NCBI RefSeq assembly: GCF_006345805.1
Contig: NW_021832531.1
Coordinates: 1 to 64,000 of the forward strand
Source of the DNA: Octopus sinensis
Taxonomy: Eukaryota
Direction of reading: 5' to 3'
DNA length: 64,000 nt
Below are positions 1 to 13,208 of this stretch, in pieces (positions within the stretch are counted from its first letter, which is position 1; the number at the start of each line of letters is the position of its first letter). The notes beneath the pieces are model-generated. The model searched no databases. It was given only the letters and a program-made list of their open reading frames with translations, and had not been told where the DNA came from. The position numbers were made by a program, and so were the translations under genes.

Positions 1-36
1 TTAATAAGTTTCTCTAAAGAACCGTATAAAAATAAT

Positions 37-260
37 TTAGGATTGACTTGGAAATTGAGAAAAATAGGGTGGTCCGAAACATTTGAGCGGTATGTAGGTC
101 GTCACAGTTTTTGAAACTTTTGCCATGAAGTTTGAGATCCCTTTCAAGAACTGTCGGAAGAGTGGATCTAGGTCTTCCACGATATTTGTTCCATGTTCGG
201 AGAAATAATCGTCCATTGCCCGATTGGCCGGAGCTCTGGGGTCCACTCGCAAATAATTCT
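37..260 (-). CDS. Probable terminal coding exon of an unidentified gene (or a very divergent PQBP1 C-terminus)
   Basis: GC-richer open frame ENYLRVDPRAPANR...VEDLDPLFRQF...FPSQS* follows a T-rich acceptor (tttatttag). No confident family match. Confidence 0.35.
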
Positions 261-650
261 CTAAATAAACATAAATAAACAGATGCAAAAAATAAAATAT
301 TAGAAAAAAATAAATTTTCCAACGATATAACTCTAATTTACGTAATAAATATACTTTTTGTTATTTCAACAAGATTTCTTACCAATTAAAAAAGCAATCG
401 TAGTATTTCACCGTCGTTTGGTAGCTAGTTAGTATATTTATGAAATTGCTAATTTTTATATGGTTAATTGTAAGGAATATCAATGTATTTTATTAAAAAA
501 ATTATGTATAATTTATCCACCAAATCCGTAAATTGTCCTACCTTGACGTTTCAAGCATTAACAACGTCCATTGCGATAACAGTTTTCTTTTGGCATGTTC
601 AGTATAGGAAATACAATCACGAACCGTTTGCTCATAAAATCTTAGGATTC

Positions 651-871
651 AGGGATCTTTATAATTACGCAAATCTTGCTGAAAATTTTAAAAAGCCAGA
701 ATAGAGTATATAAAAAGGTTTTAGACGAGCTGTAAAAAGCGCAAATTATCCTAAAATATTTCAAACTGATCGCCTGAAAAAATGAGCTCGATTGATATTA
801 CACACGTGGAGAACTGTGTAGGGATCTTTATAATTACGCAAATCTTGCTGAAAATTTTAAAAAGCCAGAAT
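651..871 (+). repeat. 52-bp direct repeat pair (651-702 and 820-871)
   Basis: agggatctttataattacgcaaatcttgctgaaaattttaaaaagccagaat occurs twice, 169 bp apart. Confidence 0.9.
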
Positions 872-970
872 GTGACAATGAGCGTAGAGAGGGACGTTTC
901 AGTTGATCTGATTTTTGGAGAAATAAATAAAAAAAAGAATTGCTAATGAAAAAAATAAAAACAGGAAATA

Positions 971-1501
971 TTAATCATAAATTTTTGCCCTTGGATGATT
1001 TGGTGGTAACCACGAGACTTGGTTAGTGGTGACATTCCAGTAGTAAAACCGTCCACTAATGCACATTAATATTAACTGAGCACGTCAAAGGATCCCCAAC
1101 TTCTCTCCATTCGGAAGGAAGTGGATATTTATTGAGCATATTTAATCTTTTTGACGAATTTTGAGCATTTTCTATGAATGGCATTAACCCGTATTGATTC
1201 GAGCATTTCTCAGTACAAACATGCTCGTCTGATTTCAACGGACAGTTGATGACCTGAGAACGTGGTGGGGAATGACAACTTCGTGGACAAGAAGCTTCAA
1301 TTCGGATATGAACTCACTTTCGGTGTTGTTGGGTTCAAAATCCTCATAATTTTCAGCGAATATTTCCTCTCGTGTCTCCACTTTTTCTACAGAGTGGCCT
1401 AAAGGTATAAATTTAGTTATTTTACTTGTATTTTCGTCTGCATCAGGGATTACTATTCCTCGTTGCTTAAGACGAGCAAACAAAGCTGGTGTTAAAGGCA
1501 T
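971..1501 (-). CDS. PQBP1: PQBP1-like WW-domain splicing factor
   Basis: N-terminus MPLTPALFARLKQRGI...EEIFAENYED resembles PQBP1 (MPLPVALQTRLAKRGI...EEIIAEDYD). Removing a 28-nt intron gives the WW domain LPSEWREVGDPLTGRFYYWNVTTNQVSWLPP. The frame stops at IYD*. Confidence 0.8.
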
Positions 1502-1580
1502 ATACACTCAATTTAATTTAAAAGTATTATTTTAAAATTTAATTTATTAATATTAAAGACGAGTTAAGTGGTGCAATTTA

Positions 1581-1898
1581 ATGTTTCTATTTTGCCCTAA
1601 TTGCCACAATGTCCTCCGTTCGATAGTGAATTGTGATTCAAGTAAATTAGAATGTTATACTTGTGATTATAACCAAACTTGTTTCGATCGGTATGTTTTC
1701 GACATTCCAAGAATACAGAGACGTGTAATGGGAGTTGTGGAAAAAGAATCATTCACCGGACTCAAGACTACCGTCACGTGCCAGAAATGTGGTTTCCGGG
1801 ATGCTTTTTATCAAGAAATACAATTGAGGTCTGCAGATGAACCGATGACTACTTTTTATAAATGCTGTCAATGTGACTATATTTGGAGAGATGACTAA
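1581..1898 (+). CDS. POLR3K: RNA polymerase III subunit RPC10/C11
   Basis: Intronless 105 aa. N-terminal zinc ribbon CPNC..CYTC and TFIIS-like C-terminal ribbon QLRSADEPMTTFYKC. Confidence 0.92.
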   Translation: MFLFCPNCHNVLRSIVNCDSSKLECYTCDYNQTCFDRYVFDIPRIQRRVMGVVEKESFTGLKTTVTCQKCGFRDAFYQEIQLRSADEPMTTFYKCCQCDYIWRDD

Positions 1899-2049
1899 TT
1901 TTGTTTTTGACCTAATATTTTGTGTCAAACTTTTTTTACATGTGTTAAGTAGCTCAAATTAGAATCAAGTATTAATGCTGCATTCTCGGGTAAATAGACT
2001 TTGTTACGTTCTATCCATCGGGTTATAGTTTTTTAAACATACTCTAAAT

Positions 2050-3644
2050 CAGTGGTTCTCAACCTTTATTTTTGTATCGCCCCCTTGGAATTTTTTTCGC
2101 CCCTCCAATTTTTATATCGCCCCCTTATTTCATTAGTAAAAATTTTTATTTAAAAAATAAGAGTTTTAATGAGATCCTTGTGGTTGATGAAGATTGACAA
2201 GTTTTTCAAAATTTGTACTTCTTTTCGTAAGTGTAATTCTTATGTCGCCTCTTTCTTCTATATTTAGTTTGTTTCTTTTTTGTTCCGATCATACTATTCA
2301 GAGTGCTGAATCCTCTCTCTACGTAGTATGACTTAGGAAAACATAATATTATTGGCATCATTTTTTCCAATAATTTCGGGAATTTCGTTTTTATAGATTT
2401 TTCTCCCCAGAATTGTGTCAGGTTTTCATTTTTAAATTTTATTTTCAATTCTTCGTCGTTTTTTAGTTCTATTAATTCTTCTTGACATTCATCATCAGAA
2501 TCATAATGAATGGGCAACCAAAGATTAATCATCCAATCAGAAAAGTTTAAATTAATTAAATCTTCAAATCTTTTTTTCAAATCTTGTTCCAAAGATTCTA
2601 AATGAAATTCATAAATTTTCAGATCGTTGTCATCAAAAGTGTGGTCATAAAATTCGAATTTTCCAAATTTTCTATTACTTAAATTAAATTTGTAAAATTG
2701 AATTTTTTCAATGAATGTATTTATAATTCGTTTGCAATCAATTAAATTAACATAATCTCCTTGTAAAGCCAATGAAACTTCATTTAATTTTTTAAAAATC
2801 CAATTTAAATAAAAAATATTTTTTCTATGAATTTTGCAGGAATCAAACAATTTAAATTCTTCTTGTAATCTTAAAAAATCAACAATTGCATCAAATAATA
2901 TTACAAATCTTTCAAGACAATTTCCCTTGGATAACCATCTTACTTCGGTATGTAAAAGTAACAATTCTTCTTCGTATAGTGTCGTTGCTTAATGGAATAG
3001 TCTTCATAATATTTGAAGAATCTTTTTGTAAGATATCGTTTATAAATAAATTTAAACAAGAACGGATGACATTTTCTGCAATCGAATGGGCATTACCTAT
3101 AAATTAAAATAATAATGCAACCAGTTTTTGCGATTATCTCTGCAACTTTATATGAATAAGATAATCCAGAGACATTTTGAGATATATTTTTATTAAAGAT
3201 TGACGGTAGGGTGTTTTTATTTTCAAAATTCTTTTTTAATTCTAGAAAAAAGTCTGGCTGTTTTCCAATTGAATTATGATGTTTTCGCTTTAAATGTTCA
3301 ATCAAACGAGACGGTTTCATTGCCTCATTCGAAAAAATTGTACCACATTGAAGACAAAGTGGTTTATTAGGATCTTTAATAAATCCAAGAGAAATATATT
3401 CATCTTTATACATTCTGACTTTTTTTTGAACACGACCCATAAAGATAACTAGAAATCACGCTTAGAAATTTAAATAAAATATAATAAAAATATCATATTA
3501 TTAATAAATATTATTAGACTCGATTATATATCTTTATTTTTTCAAAGATTATCGACTTTTAACATAAGATTTTAATTTTTCAAATATTAGCAATCAGCCA
3601 TCGCCCCCCTGGCAGAAAAAATCGCCCACCGTTGAGAACCACTG
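2050..3644 (-). mobile_element. Internally deleted Buster-type hAT transposon
   Basis: TIRs cagtggttctcaac / gttgagaaccactg; 8-bp TSD ctctaaat (2042-2049, 3645-3652); BED finger (3093-3440) joined to LHTEVRWLSKG and the dimerisation region (2206-2964); subterminal ATCGCCC motifs at both ends. Confidence 0.95.
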
Positions 3645-3699
3645 CTCTAAATCAGTTTTTCTTAAACTTGTTGTCGCCTCCTTTAACAAACTTTTGGAA

Positions 3700-5870
3700 A
3701 GCACTTCACGACTTTCCAGCTAAACATCAGGGGGATCAAAAAGAAGATCAGAGAACTCCTGACTAACCTGAGAATTAACGTGGTTATGATTCAAGAAACC
3801 AAAAGACGTCTCCGTTGAAGTGAGAAGCCTCATCGAAGCTGATGAGGTTTCCGGGATGTCGCTTGGCACAACGAAGGAACGATTATGGCTGGTCAATATG
3901 TACATTCCACCCCCGGGTTCTTGCCCGAGGAGCTACAGCTTTCTCTAATCTGCCACGCATCGATAGGGTCATCTTATGCGGGGACCTCAACACGAAACAC
4001 TCCCTTTGGCTGTCATTTCAGTTGGTGGATACAAGGGGGAAATTTTTACTTTCCAAATTGGACTCCTTAACAATTCTGAACGATCCTTCGAGAAACACAA
4101 GGACTCCATTCAGAGTGACTGACAAACCTACGTCACCCGATGTAACTCTATGCTCTTCATCCCTCATGGTTCCAATAGATCAGTGGTTCTCAACCTGGGG
4201 TCCGCGAAAGATTCCAGGGGGTCCGCGAGATTTTTCTGAAACTTTATTTAAATGTTTCTATTTAATGATAACAATTTTAAATTAATATATAATAGAATTA
4301 AATCATAATTAATAATATCTCTTTTAGATATATTATAAATTAATATATTTTAATATTCAATAATACTGAGGAGGCTAAATTACTTTAAAGCTGAATGTAA
4401 CTCAATTATTTATAAAAATCGTATATATATATTTATTTTTTAGTAAAAGTTAATAAAATTTTTAAGCACGCTATTGATATGAATTCCTCGCATGTTATTA
4501 AGATACGCAAATATAATCCTGATTATATAAAATATGGGTTTATTTGTATTGATAAAGATGGATTTGAAAGCCCAAAATGTGTTGTGTGCATGAAAATTCT
4601 GTCACACAATAGCATGAAACCAACAACTCTTGTGAGACACTTGCGCACATGTCATCCCCATCTAATCCACAAAAATAAGGATTATTTTATTTCTTTGCGT
4701 AAAATGATGAAAAATCAAGTATTGACTCGTTTCATACAAACTTTGCCTTCTGATAATTCCATGCTATTAGCATCTTTGCCAAGTTAGACTTGCTAACCAG
4801 GAAACGAAACATATGCATTGTATGCTACATCGATATGCACTTGCTGCAAAAACATTACCTTCAGATTTAAGATATGTTCTCGATGATGTCGTACATATCA
4901 TAAATTATATTAAAAAGAGTGCTTTAAATTCGCGCATTTTCAGACTTATTTGCGAAGAATTTGAAAAGGATGGAAAGGCTTTGTTATTCCACACTGAGGT
5001 GAGATGGCTATCTCGGGGAAACATTCTTGCCAGAGATTTTTCTTTGAGGAATGAATTATCTGAATATTTTATTCGCGAAAACAATTCCAAATCATCGGAA
5101 TTTATTTCGAAATTAATGGATAGTTCATGGCTATCTAAACTTGCTTACTTGAGAGATGTTTTCTCTCGTATAAATTCACTCAACAAATCGCTTCAGGGAA
5201 GACATGAAATAATAATTGATTTTGTGGATAAAATTAAGTTTGTTAACTGTTTCATATTAATTATTAGTGCTTTTTTGATGAAGTTTTTGATGAAGATGAA
5301 ATATGTAGGGGGTCCGCGAAATTTTTCATTTACTCACAAGGGGTCCGCGGACAAAAAAGGTTGAGAACCACTGCAATAGATATTGAACTCAAAAATAAAG
5401 AATTGCAATCTGTACAACTTTAGCTTTCTCGACAAGCCCATTGGACTTCTTTTCGAAGATTATTTTGGAAGCAAGAACAATTGTTATACCAAAACGTCAA
5501 CCTCACGCTGCTTGTAGCCGAAGAAGATCCGGCCTGGCGTATCAGATCATTGAACAAGGAATTGAAGACTAGTGAACACAGACACACTTGTTTAAAATAA
5601 AATCAGATCCTTACTGCCGTGAACCGTAATCGTTCAACGAGAGAAAACACCACATAAGGAGCACAGAAAATCGGATTCACTTCCCTCAAACAAAAACCTA
5701 AAGAAACGGGCGGAACCTCTCCTACTCTCAGTAAAAGAGTTGGTGGACTCCACAAAAATGTTGTACTCTCACGGCCCGGACGAAATCCCAGTCATTCTTG
5801 GTGTCAAAGGAGTCACATTTCTAACGGCTATCTTCAAGAGTGATTAAATTTTCAACGCAATTTTCGAGAT
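3700..5870 (+). mobile_element. Degraded APE-type LINE interrupted by a hAT element
   Basis: Endonuclease motifs FQLNIRG, IQETK, CGDLN and SPDVTL; decayed GPDEI (pre-RT) near 5775; frameshifted. Confidence 0.8.
4181..5373 (+). mobile_element. Internally deleted Buster-type hAT transposon nested in the LINE
   Basis: TIRs cagtggttctcaacc / ggttgagaaccactg; TSD caatagat (4173-4180, 5374-5381); BED finger (4479-4787) and CMLHRYALA / HTEVRWLSRG (4813-5364); subterminal GGGGTCCGCG twice at each end. Confidence 0.95.
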
Positions 5871-6029
5871 CGTCTTCAAAAAGTAGTTTTTTTAGATTGT
5901 CGAGATGTGGAAATTGGCTTAACTCCTACCAATATTCCTACAAATCAAGGAAATCATTGAAATAAAACCAGTAATGCGTGACTTTGCGTTAATTAAAATA
6001 AAATGAGAAAAATTAACGAATACCTTTAT

Positions 6030-6290
6030 AGAGTTAATATCGGCGAATTTTAGCAAAAATGTCTGCTAGATAAGCAACATCATGTTTAATAGATTTTAGT
6101 TCCAGACCAAGGTGAGATTTCAAAGATTTGAGAAATTCAATCAGTGTCGAAGAGGGAGAATATAGTCGCCCTTTAATAGCCACGTTACTTTTGTGTACAC
6201 TAAAAGTTGTACAAAATCTAATATGATGCAATAAGAACATCATTCCTTTTATTATCAGCAATAAATATATTTAGACTCTAATCACTCCCA
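6030..6290 (-). mobile_element. hAT transposase remnant
   Basis: LIEFLKSLKS...DVAYLADIF resembles the hAT LAYLxDIF region; no TIRs found. Confidence 0.55.
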
Positions 6291-6671
6291 ACTGTTCAAA
6301 CTTGCTCAAACATGATTCTTAATGTTTCTCTACAGCCAAATCTTTTTTGGATTTATGGCCTCCCTCAGGTCTTGTCGAGAAACAAGTCAGTAGAGCACAA
6401 TTGGCCCTTCTTCCGGGAATTGGATAATTTACACAAGTTATAATGTGAGAAAATGATACGATGGGTAAAAAAGGAACGATTAACAGAATGATAACAACAA
6501 TGACTTAAATTAGGTCACTCTTCGAAATGATGTTTGGGGTTTGGTTAATGGTTTTTCTTGATAGATATATTTTTGCATCCAAAAGAATACAGTGCGATTT
6601 TTTTTGGAATTTTGAATATTAGTTGTGAAAAATGAAATTTATCTGTATTAAATAATCAAGGAATGATTAAA

Positions 6672-9600
6672 TTATAAGGATGATCCGTAGTAAGCAATTT
6701 GAAGTGCTGCCTCCCTCTTGAGGTCCTCAACACTATTGAGAGAGTTTGGTCATCTTTACCTACCTCATTAGCGAAGGCGGTTTTTTGTAAACAGTTTTGA
6801 ATGCCTGGTCGACCAACTCGACGATGGATTCCCTCAAGGAGACAAAGCTTTTGTTCAACTCTAATTGATAGTCGTGCTGATTAGGGCCAATGAGGAGGGC
6901 GTTGACGTTGAGTGCTTTGTAGGCACTAGAGTGAGATGAATATTATACGAATTAATCATTTTGTCTAACATGTCGACTAATTCGTAATGATGGATTTTGG
7001 GCGTTTCCTTCTTTTCGATAAGAGGTCTCAGAAAAGATGCAGCCGTCTCCTTGGGTCCCTGGAAGTTGTAGATTGGATTACTCACTAAATTAATGACACT
7101 CCCCACGATGGCCTGCACATTAAGTTGAATGAGAGTCGAGTTGGGAGACTTGGATGCTAATACGTTGTCCAGATCGGTGACCTTCCGAGCCAGATCTTCA
7201 ATGACGACTTGTATTGGTGAGAGAGTCAACTGCCATGTCGGACAATGTCATACCTCTTCCTTTTTGGAGACTTTACTGTAGACGCGTATATATGGTAGCC
7301 ATTCCGATGTGGTAAAGACATATCTCCGGACACATTGACATGTTACTCCACCATCCTTCCCTCCAATCATGAATGGAACAGAGAGACAGAAGGTATCTAA
7401 TATTGATTAGTGCTGGTTACTTGTTGCGATCGACGTGTTGTTTCCTGTAGAGTAGGGCTCGACTGGCCCTATCAGCACAAAGTTCTGCCAATTGGCGTGG
7501 GACAGTACCTCACTTGGCGACAGTTTGCTGTAATCCTTTCCCCCATCCAGTTGCACTCTCACTACTTTGTCCCCGTACTTCCCATCAAATGATTTCTATA
7601 ATCCAACTCACTCACCCACCACCTGCAACTGACTCATCAGTTCGTTTGGACTGACCATGGTTTGACTGAAGTAAATGTAGTCCGCCCCGTTGTCCTCCTT
7701 GAACACAAACCCCGCGTAGTGACAGCGGAAGAATCCTTGTTTTTCCCGGGTCTGTCCCATGAGTGTAAACACAAACAGTCTTGTAGATTAGTTCGTACAG
7801 ATCTTTGAGGCTCCCATGAACTTGGCCGAGTTTGAGAAAGTTATTTTCGATGTAGTGCAGCGGGGTCGACAGTTTCAATAGTTTTTCGGCTTCCGTGTAC
7901 AGTTTTGCCTGCGTGTTATCTCACTCACTACAATTTTGAGGAATGTCACCGTCGTTTCCAGGATCTCGCAAAACCCTGAGACTGTAAACACTCGCGGGTG
8001 TTCAACCAAGGTGAATGCACTCATTCTCTTCTCCTCTTCTGCGTTGGGGGTGATTTTCTGAAATAATCGAGGGCTATACAGCAATGTCAATGTTCAAGAG
8101 TTGACGAAATTGGCTGGCAATGTGGTTTTTGACGTATTCGTACGACAAGGCAGTGGCCTGCAGGAGGGAATAGGCCGATTCCACTTGATTACCAAACTAT
8201 GTCTACTTCACCAATGGGTCACCTCCGTCTGTTTTCGGGCTATTTTCTGCAGCCAATCGAGTCTAATCTCCGAATCCGGCCGGTAACTCGCGGCAATTGC
8301 GATCATCAGATCGATAGTCTTCTCGGAGTCTTGGCACTGCTCAAGCTCAAACAAATTGTCGAGAATTGATTTGCAAATTTCGACAGGGTCCATTATCTAT
8401 TGGTTTTAGGGATATCACTACCTTTGTCCTGTTGCTTAACAGGAATTTCTCTGATTGAATGTAACTGTACTTGGAAACATATATCAGGCCAAAGTAAGCG
8501 TTCCTCATGCCAATCCTGTCGTTTCCGGTCACAATCCTGTTGAGGGATTTGAGCATTGCCACTAAAAGATGACGGGATTTCTGCAGAGATTAGATGGAGA
8601 CTGACTTTGGTATTCTCTTCATATTTGACCATGAAGAAAAACAATAGGAAACTCGCTTTGCACTGCACAATCGGCAGTGACGAGGACAGCAATCCAAAAG
8701 TTAAGTACACTGCCATCTCTCCGGTCCAACATTTTTCTGTCCAGAAACTGTCTCCGAACTGAGATAGTCAAACAGATTCAACCCGATTTCCTAGTCTTCG
8801 GATTAAAGAAAGGCTGTGGACTTTGATGGCCGAACAGTTTTCGAGACTGAGAATAGTCGAGTACAGAAATGTCACGTAATTAGTCATTTCCTGACCCAAG
8901 GACTTTCCAGACATGATAAGCTGGAAATGTGAAAGGGAGAATAACTGGAATCAATTTCTCACAAAAGTTCATGACCATCGCACTCACTTGAACGTAAAAG
9001 TGTGCTGATAGAGTGGCCTCCACTTGCACGTCGACACTACTCCTGTCCATAGTTTACCTCCACCACTACCTCTCTCCCAGGGGTGCTGTCGAGCCTGCCT
9101 CCTTCTTCCTCGTGTACCGCAGATTGCTGCAATTCATGGTCAGGCCTTAACAATGGACAATAATTTGATGCCTTTATTTCTGACCATCTTCATGTATTCG
9201 TGCCGAGCCCCCCCACTCCCAATCAGACTCATTTCCAATTTGGACTTGACTGACCTCGTCTTGCGTAGAGTATCGGCCGAGTATTCTTGGTGATACTTCT
9301 TTCCCTACAAATTGGGCGGAAGAAGAAACCTTGTATTCAAAGTTGTGAAGGCAACGCCGTAGAACCGAGAATATTCTCCGGACATCTCTCTCCACGCAAA
9401 ATTCGCGAATGCTCTTAATGGTTTCTGCGTCCATATTCTCCAAAATTTGTTTGAAGCAGAACAGGAGACTCGTCATGACCGTGTTGTTATGTTTTCCCTT
9501 GGTCTCTTCTGGTTTTGTGGGATTCCACAGTTTGGCCAAGTGAAGTCGATCCGGAGCTTCTGAACAACCGTAGAACGCGGCAACAATGAACACGAGTGGA

Positions 9601-12600
9601 GTGAACAAGTCAGTGATTGGGGACTGTGTAGCGGGGGACGCAAAACGGGGATCGCAGTTGACGTAGATGAGGAGGTTTTTGAAAAGTCGGGAGACTCTGT
9701 TTTGGAGAGAAGGGTTGCTAATATCAGTGTTAGCAATATACCCCATCTTCATGAAGTATATCAAGTCGATGTGGAGTAGTGCTAGAAGGAAGTAATTTTT
9801 CATGTATTCCTCCGTCAGTCCATATGATTGGAGTTGAAAGGTTTGCGAACTGCGACTCCTTTTGTTCAGTATTTTCTCCATTTTGAGAGGGACTCGTTGT
9901 TCTTTGTCGAGGAACAGTTCGAAGAAGAACTCGAAGGAGCAAAGAATGTCGTAAAAGTCGAATTTGAGTTGAAAAATGATGACTTTGTCCTTGCTTTGAA
10001 GTGCGTTATTACTGATCTAGGGATAGGAGAATTGAAGGAACGAGAGAGCAATAGCAAATGACAATTTTGTAGACATCGTTGGGGGTGAGGGCATAGAAAA
10101 GGTTGTTGACAAAGTGGGCGAACTCCTTGTTGATGTGAGTGCTGCTGCTCGTGTCCTGCAAGTAAGTTAGTGAGTGAACTATTTCGTTGAGCACAAGCAT
10201 ATCTGCGACCATAACTTTGGAGAAATCCTGTATTTTGTCGATGTCGCTGATAGTGATGGGCACTTTGTTGGCATTGGAGAGGAGGAGGGATTTGGTCTGA
10301 ATGAGTCAGAAATGCGAACAATCAAATCGAGGAAGAAGGGGGCGACTTCAGTCATGTCGGCTCGAGTTTCGTCGTCTTGGTCAATCCACAGTTCAATTAG
10401 TCGGACAAATGTCTGGAAATGTGTGAACATGGGAACCTTGGTCTTATATTTGTCTTCGAATTGCTGGAATGCTGCCACTCATAGTCAGTTCTAACCTGAA
10501 TCGGAGAGGAAGGCTGTATCGGTGTAGAGCGCCAACGTGGCGTTTCGGTTGCCGTAATTAATGGAAGACCCAATTTGTTTGAGCAGTGAAATAGTCCCGG
10601 AGAGTACAACTTGATGTATATCCTTGATTGTTTCGGCGCCTGAGTATTGATGTGCCACCAAATACTCTCTTTTAGGAAGCACTCTCTCTCAAAACAAAGA
10701 AGAAACAACAATCTGTCGAGGAGTTGGTAGGCATAAGGCAAGTATTCCTCCGGGCTGATGGTTTGCATAGCCTTGATGACAGGGATGAATTGATCCACAC
10801 TTATCGGAGTGTCCAAGCCAATTTGAGACAGGGACTTGAGGCAGTTTTTTATTTTTATGCTCTGGGAGTCATCAAAGTCAATTACCGTGGGATAGACCGT
10901 GGTGACCGGAATCAGGGAGAAAGAGAATAGTTGCTTCTGGTTCTCTATCCACTTCAAGTTTGGATATTCGAACTAGAGTCAAAGGGAGGGTGTACTTCAG
11001 GGGACTTTTCGTAGTATTTCTCGGGCTTCTCCGTGCATATTGGCAGATAAAAGTCTCCATTGCTGATGCACCCCCCAACCCCGATGGGAATCCACTGCAA
11101 TGAAGATTTACAACAATACAGTGTATCCCACAATGCTCTGCTTATTTTCGTCGTACTTGTTAAGACTGCAAACATTGTAGAACGTAAATAGCAAATGAGA
11201 CGTCTTGTTTAGATTCCGCGGAATTCGCATTTTTATTTCCTCGTAGAAGCACGGGGTCCTGTTCTTGTAGCTCAGCGACAGAAACATGTCATTCCTCAAC
11301 TCTGGGCAGTTCGACCGGTTGAAAATTGCCTGCCATGTCATTCCCCTTAACCTGTGGCAGTCCGTCGCTGATCAGTTCTACTCGTACGGAAATTGACTTT
11401 AGGTTGGGCACTTTTGACAAATTCAACGATTTCGGGTATAAATAGAGAAAGTTCCTGCCGATTAATCTCCCCATTCAACCATTGATATGATTGAGGAGTG
11501 TCCAGCAGTCTCCCCGGCAAGTTTATCACTTCCTTCACAGTGTCCTCCGATGACGTCAAAGAAGGCGAGAAGTTGAGGTCTGAAGAATACGTGTTCATGT
11601 CCTCTTGGTTCACGCATTTGAAAGAGAAATTTCCTTTGATCGACTTGGTTTTCTTGCTATAACTGTTTTTCTTCGACTCCTTGTACATCTTGACAATTTC
11701 CATGTCCGTCACCCGCTCGTCCTACAAATAAGAACGGGATGAGCAGACCGATCGCACCATGGGCTCGGCTTTAAACGCCAAGGACGTGGCCGGCTCGGAG
11801 AACTCCTGAATAGAAACTAGAAACGTCGTTGGTGAGAATGAACTGGCGGCCGATTGGCTGTCGCACTTGTAGGAGGCCGACTCTGACTTGAAGGACGAGT
11901 CGGACTTGTACGAAGACGAGTCGCTCTCGCAGTGGAGTAGGGACGCGAGGGAGTCGGCGAACCACCCGAAAGGAACTCGAAACATGCCAGTCCGAGAACA
12001 CAGGGAGGCGAGTCGTTTTCCGTGGTTCTAAATGGTGTGGCTGGGAGTACAAAAGTGTCGCGGGACAGGTCGGAGACCTCATAGTCTTTGGGAAGTATTT
12101 TTTCGAGCTAGAAATGAAGAATGGAGGCATTACTCGAATGATGAGAAGGAGGTGACTGGGATCATGGAGGATGTCGAATTGGGCCGTGTCCACTTTGGTG
12201 GAGCTGTCCTCCCAGGGAACAAAGTTAGTGATCAGTTTTTTGTGTGTGGCAGTGTTTTTATCAAAGTAGAATGTCTCGGTGGCCTAAAATGAGAATGATT
12301 GTTAACTCGCTGATTTTTTTTGATGTCGTACATGTACATCGAGGCAAAAACAGGCTCCAACAAATTCTCGACTCTACACGTGAATGGAATATTCCCACTC
12401 GAGTGCCGTGCACTTTATGCACAGTCTGATGCCCGAGACGCCCGAGATTTCCCTGAACACGGGACGCGGACAGTGACTCTGAACTTTGCATCATTAAATC
12501 AGTACATCGTCCCCTGCAAATAGACTCGACAAGTGCTCAATCCGCTGCTTTGGTTTGAACTCCCACCCGTTTTTATCACTCGTTAGTACACCCACCTGCT

Positions 12601-13074
12601 CTTTCATCTCCTCATCCGTCAGTACTTTCTCCGTTCCCCGCTATTCTCATCATGTCCTGCAAACCTGCTCAATGTCAATCTCGTAGTCCAGTTCCTCTGC
12701 TCCCATTGCCAGTCGATATCGTTCTACAGATGATCTGCTGCCGTAGTCCACCGATTGACATCTAATCATCACTCATTTTCCTCACTTCTTGTCCAGCACT
12801 GTCAAATTCCCCGTTGACCGACTGATTCCGTAGTTTATGTAGTCCTCCAAACTATGCTCATCATATCCCAACAACCTGTCGTCTTGTTCTATTCCCGACC
12901 TTTTCGTATTTGCTGGGTTTGTCACCAATATTATATTTTCTGGCACAGATGACACAGTCGACATGTTTCCGAATGGCAGATTTGTGATGAACTCCTGCAA
13001 TTACACACATTCCATACGTCAGTGATGTCAAAAAATACATCAGTGTCCTCGAATTTGGGTAGCAGGTTCGACAT
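6672..13074 (-). CDS. DOCK-family Rho GEF, DOCK-C (DOCK6/7/8)-like, many tiny introns
   Basis: DHR1/C2 segment NRTPCFYEEIKMRIP...HLLFTFYNV...VGYT; DHR2 segments FFRCHYAGFVF and LSPIQVVIEDL...QAIVGSVINLGP; DPVEICK and RLDWLQKIA motifs. Start (MSNLLPKF) and last exon are inferred. Confidence 0.88.
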
Positions 13075-13208
13075 ATTAATTAGCAGATTAATTCAAACTA
13101 ATTAATATTCAAAGTCTATTTCTTATTTCCATCCACTCTATTTACTATCCAATTTAATGCTAATTTTTCATTCCATTTCATAATTTGATTCTAAATTTTA
13201 CGACAATT

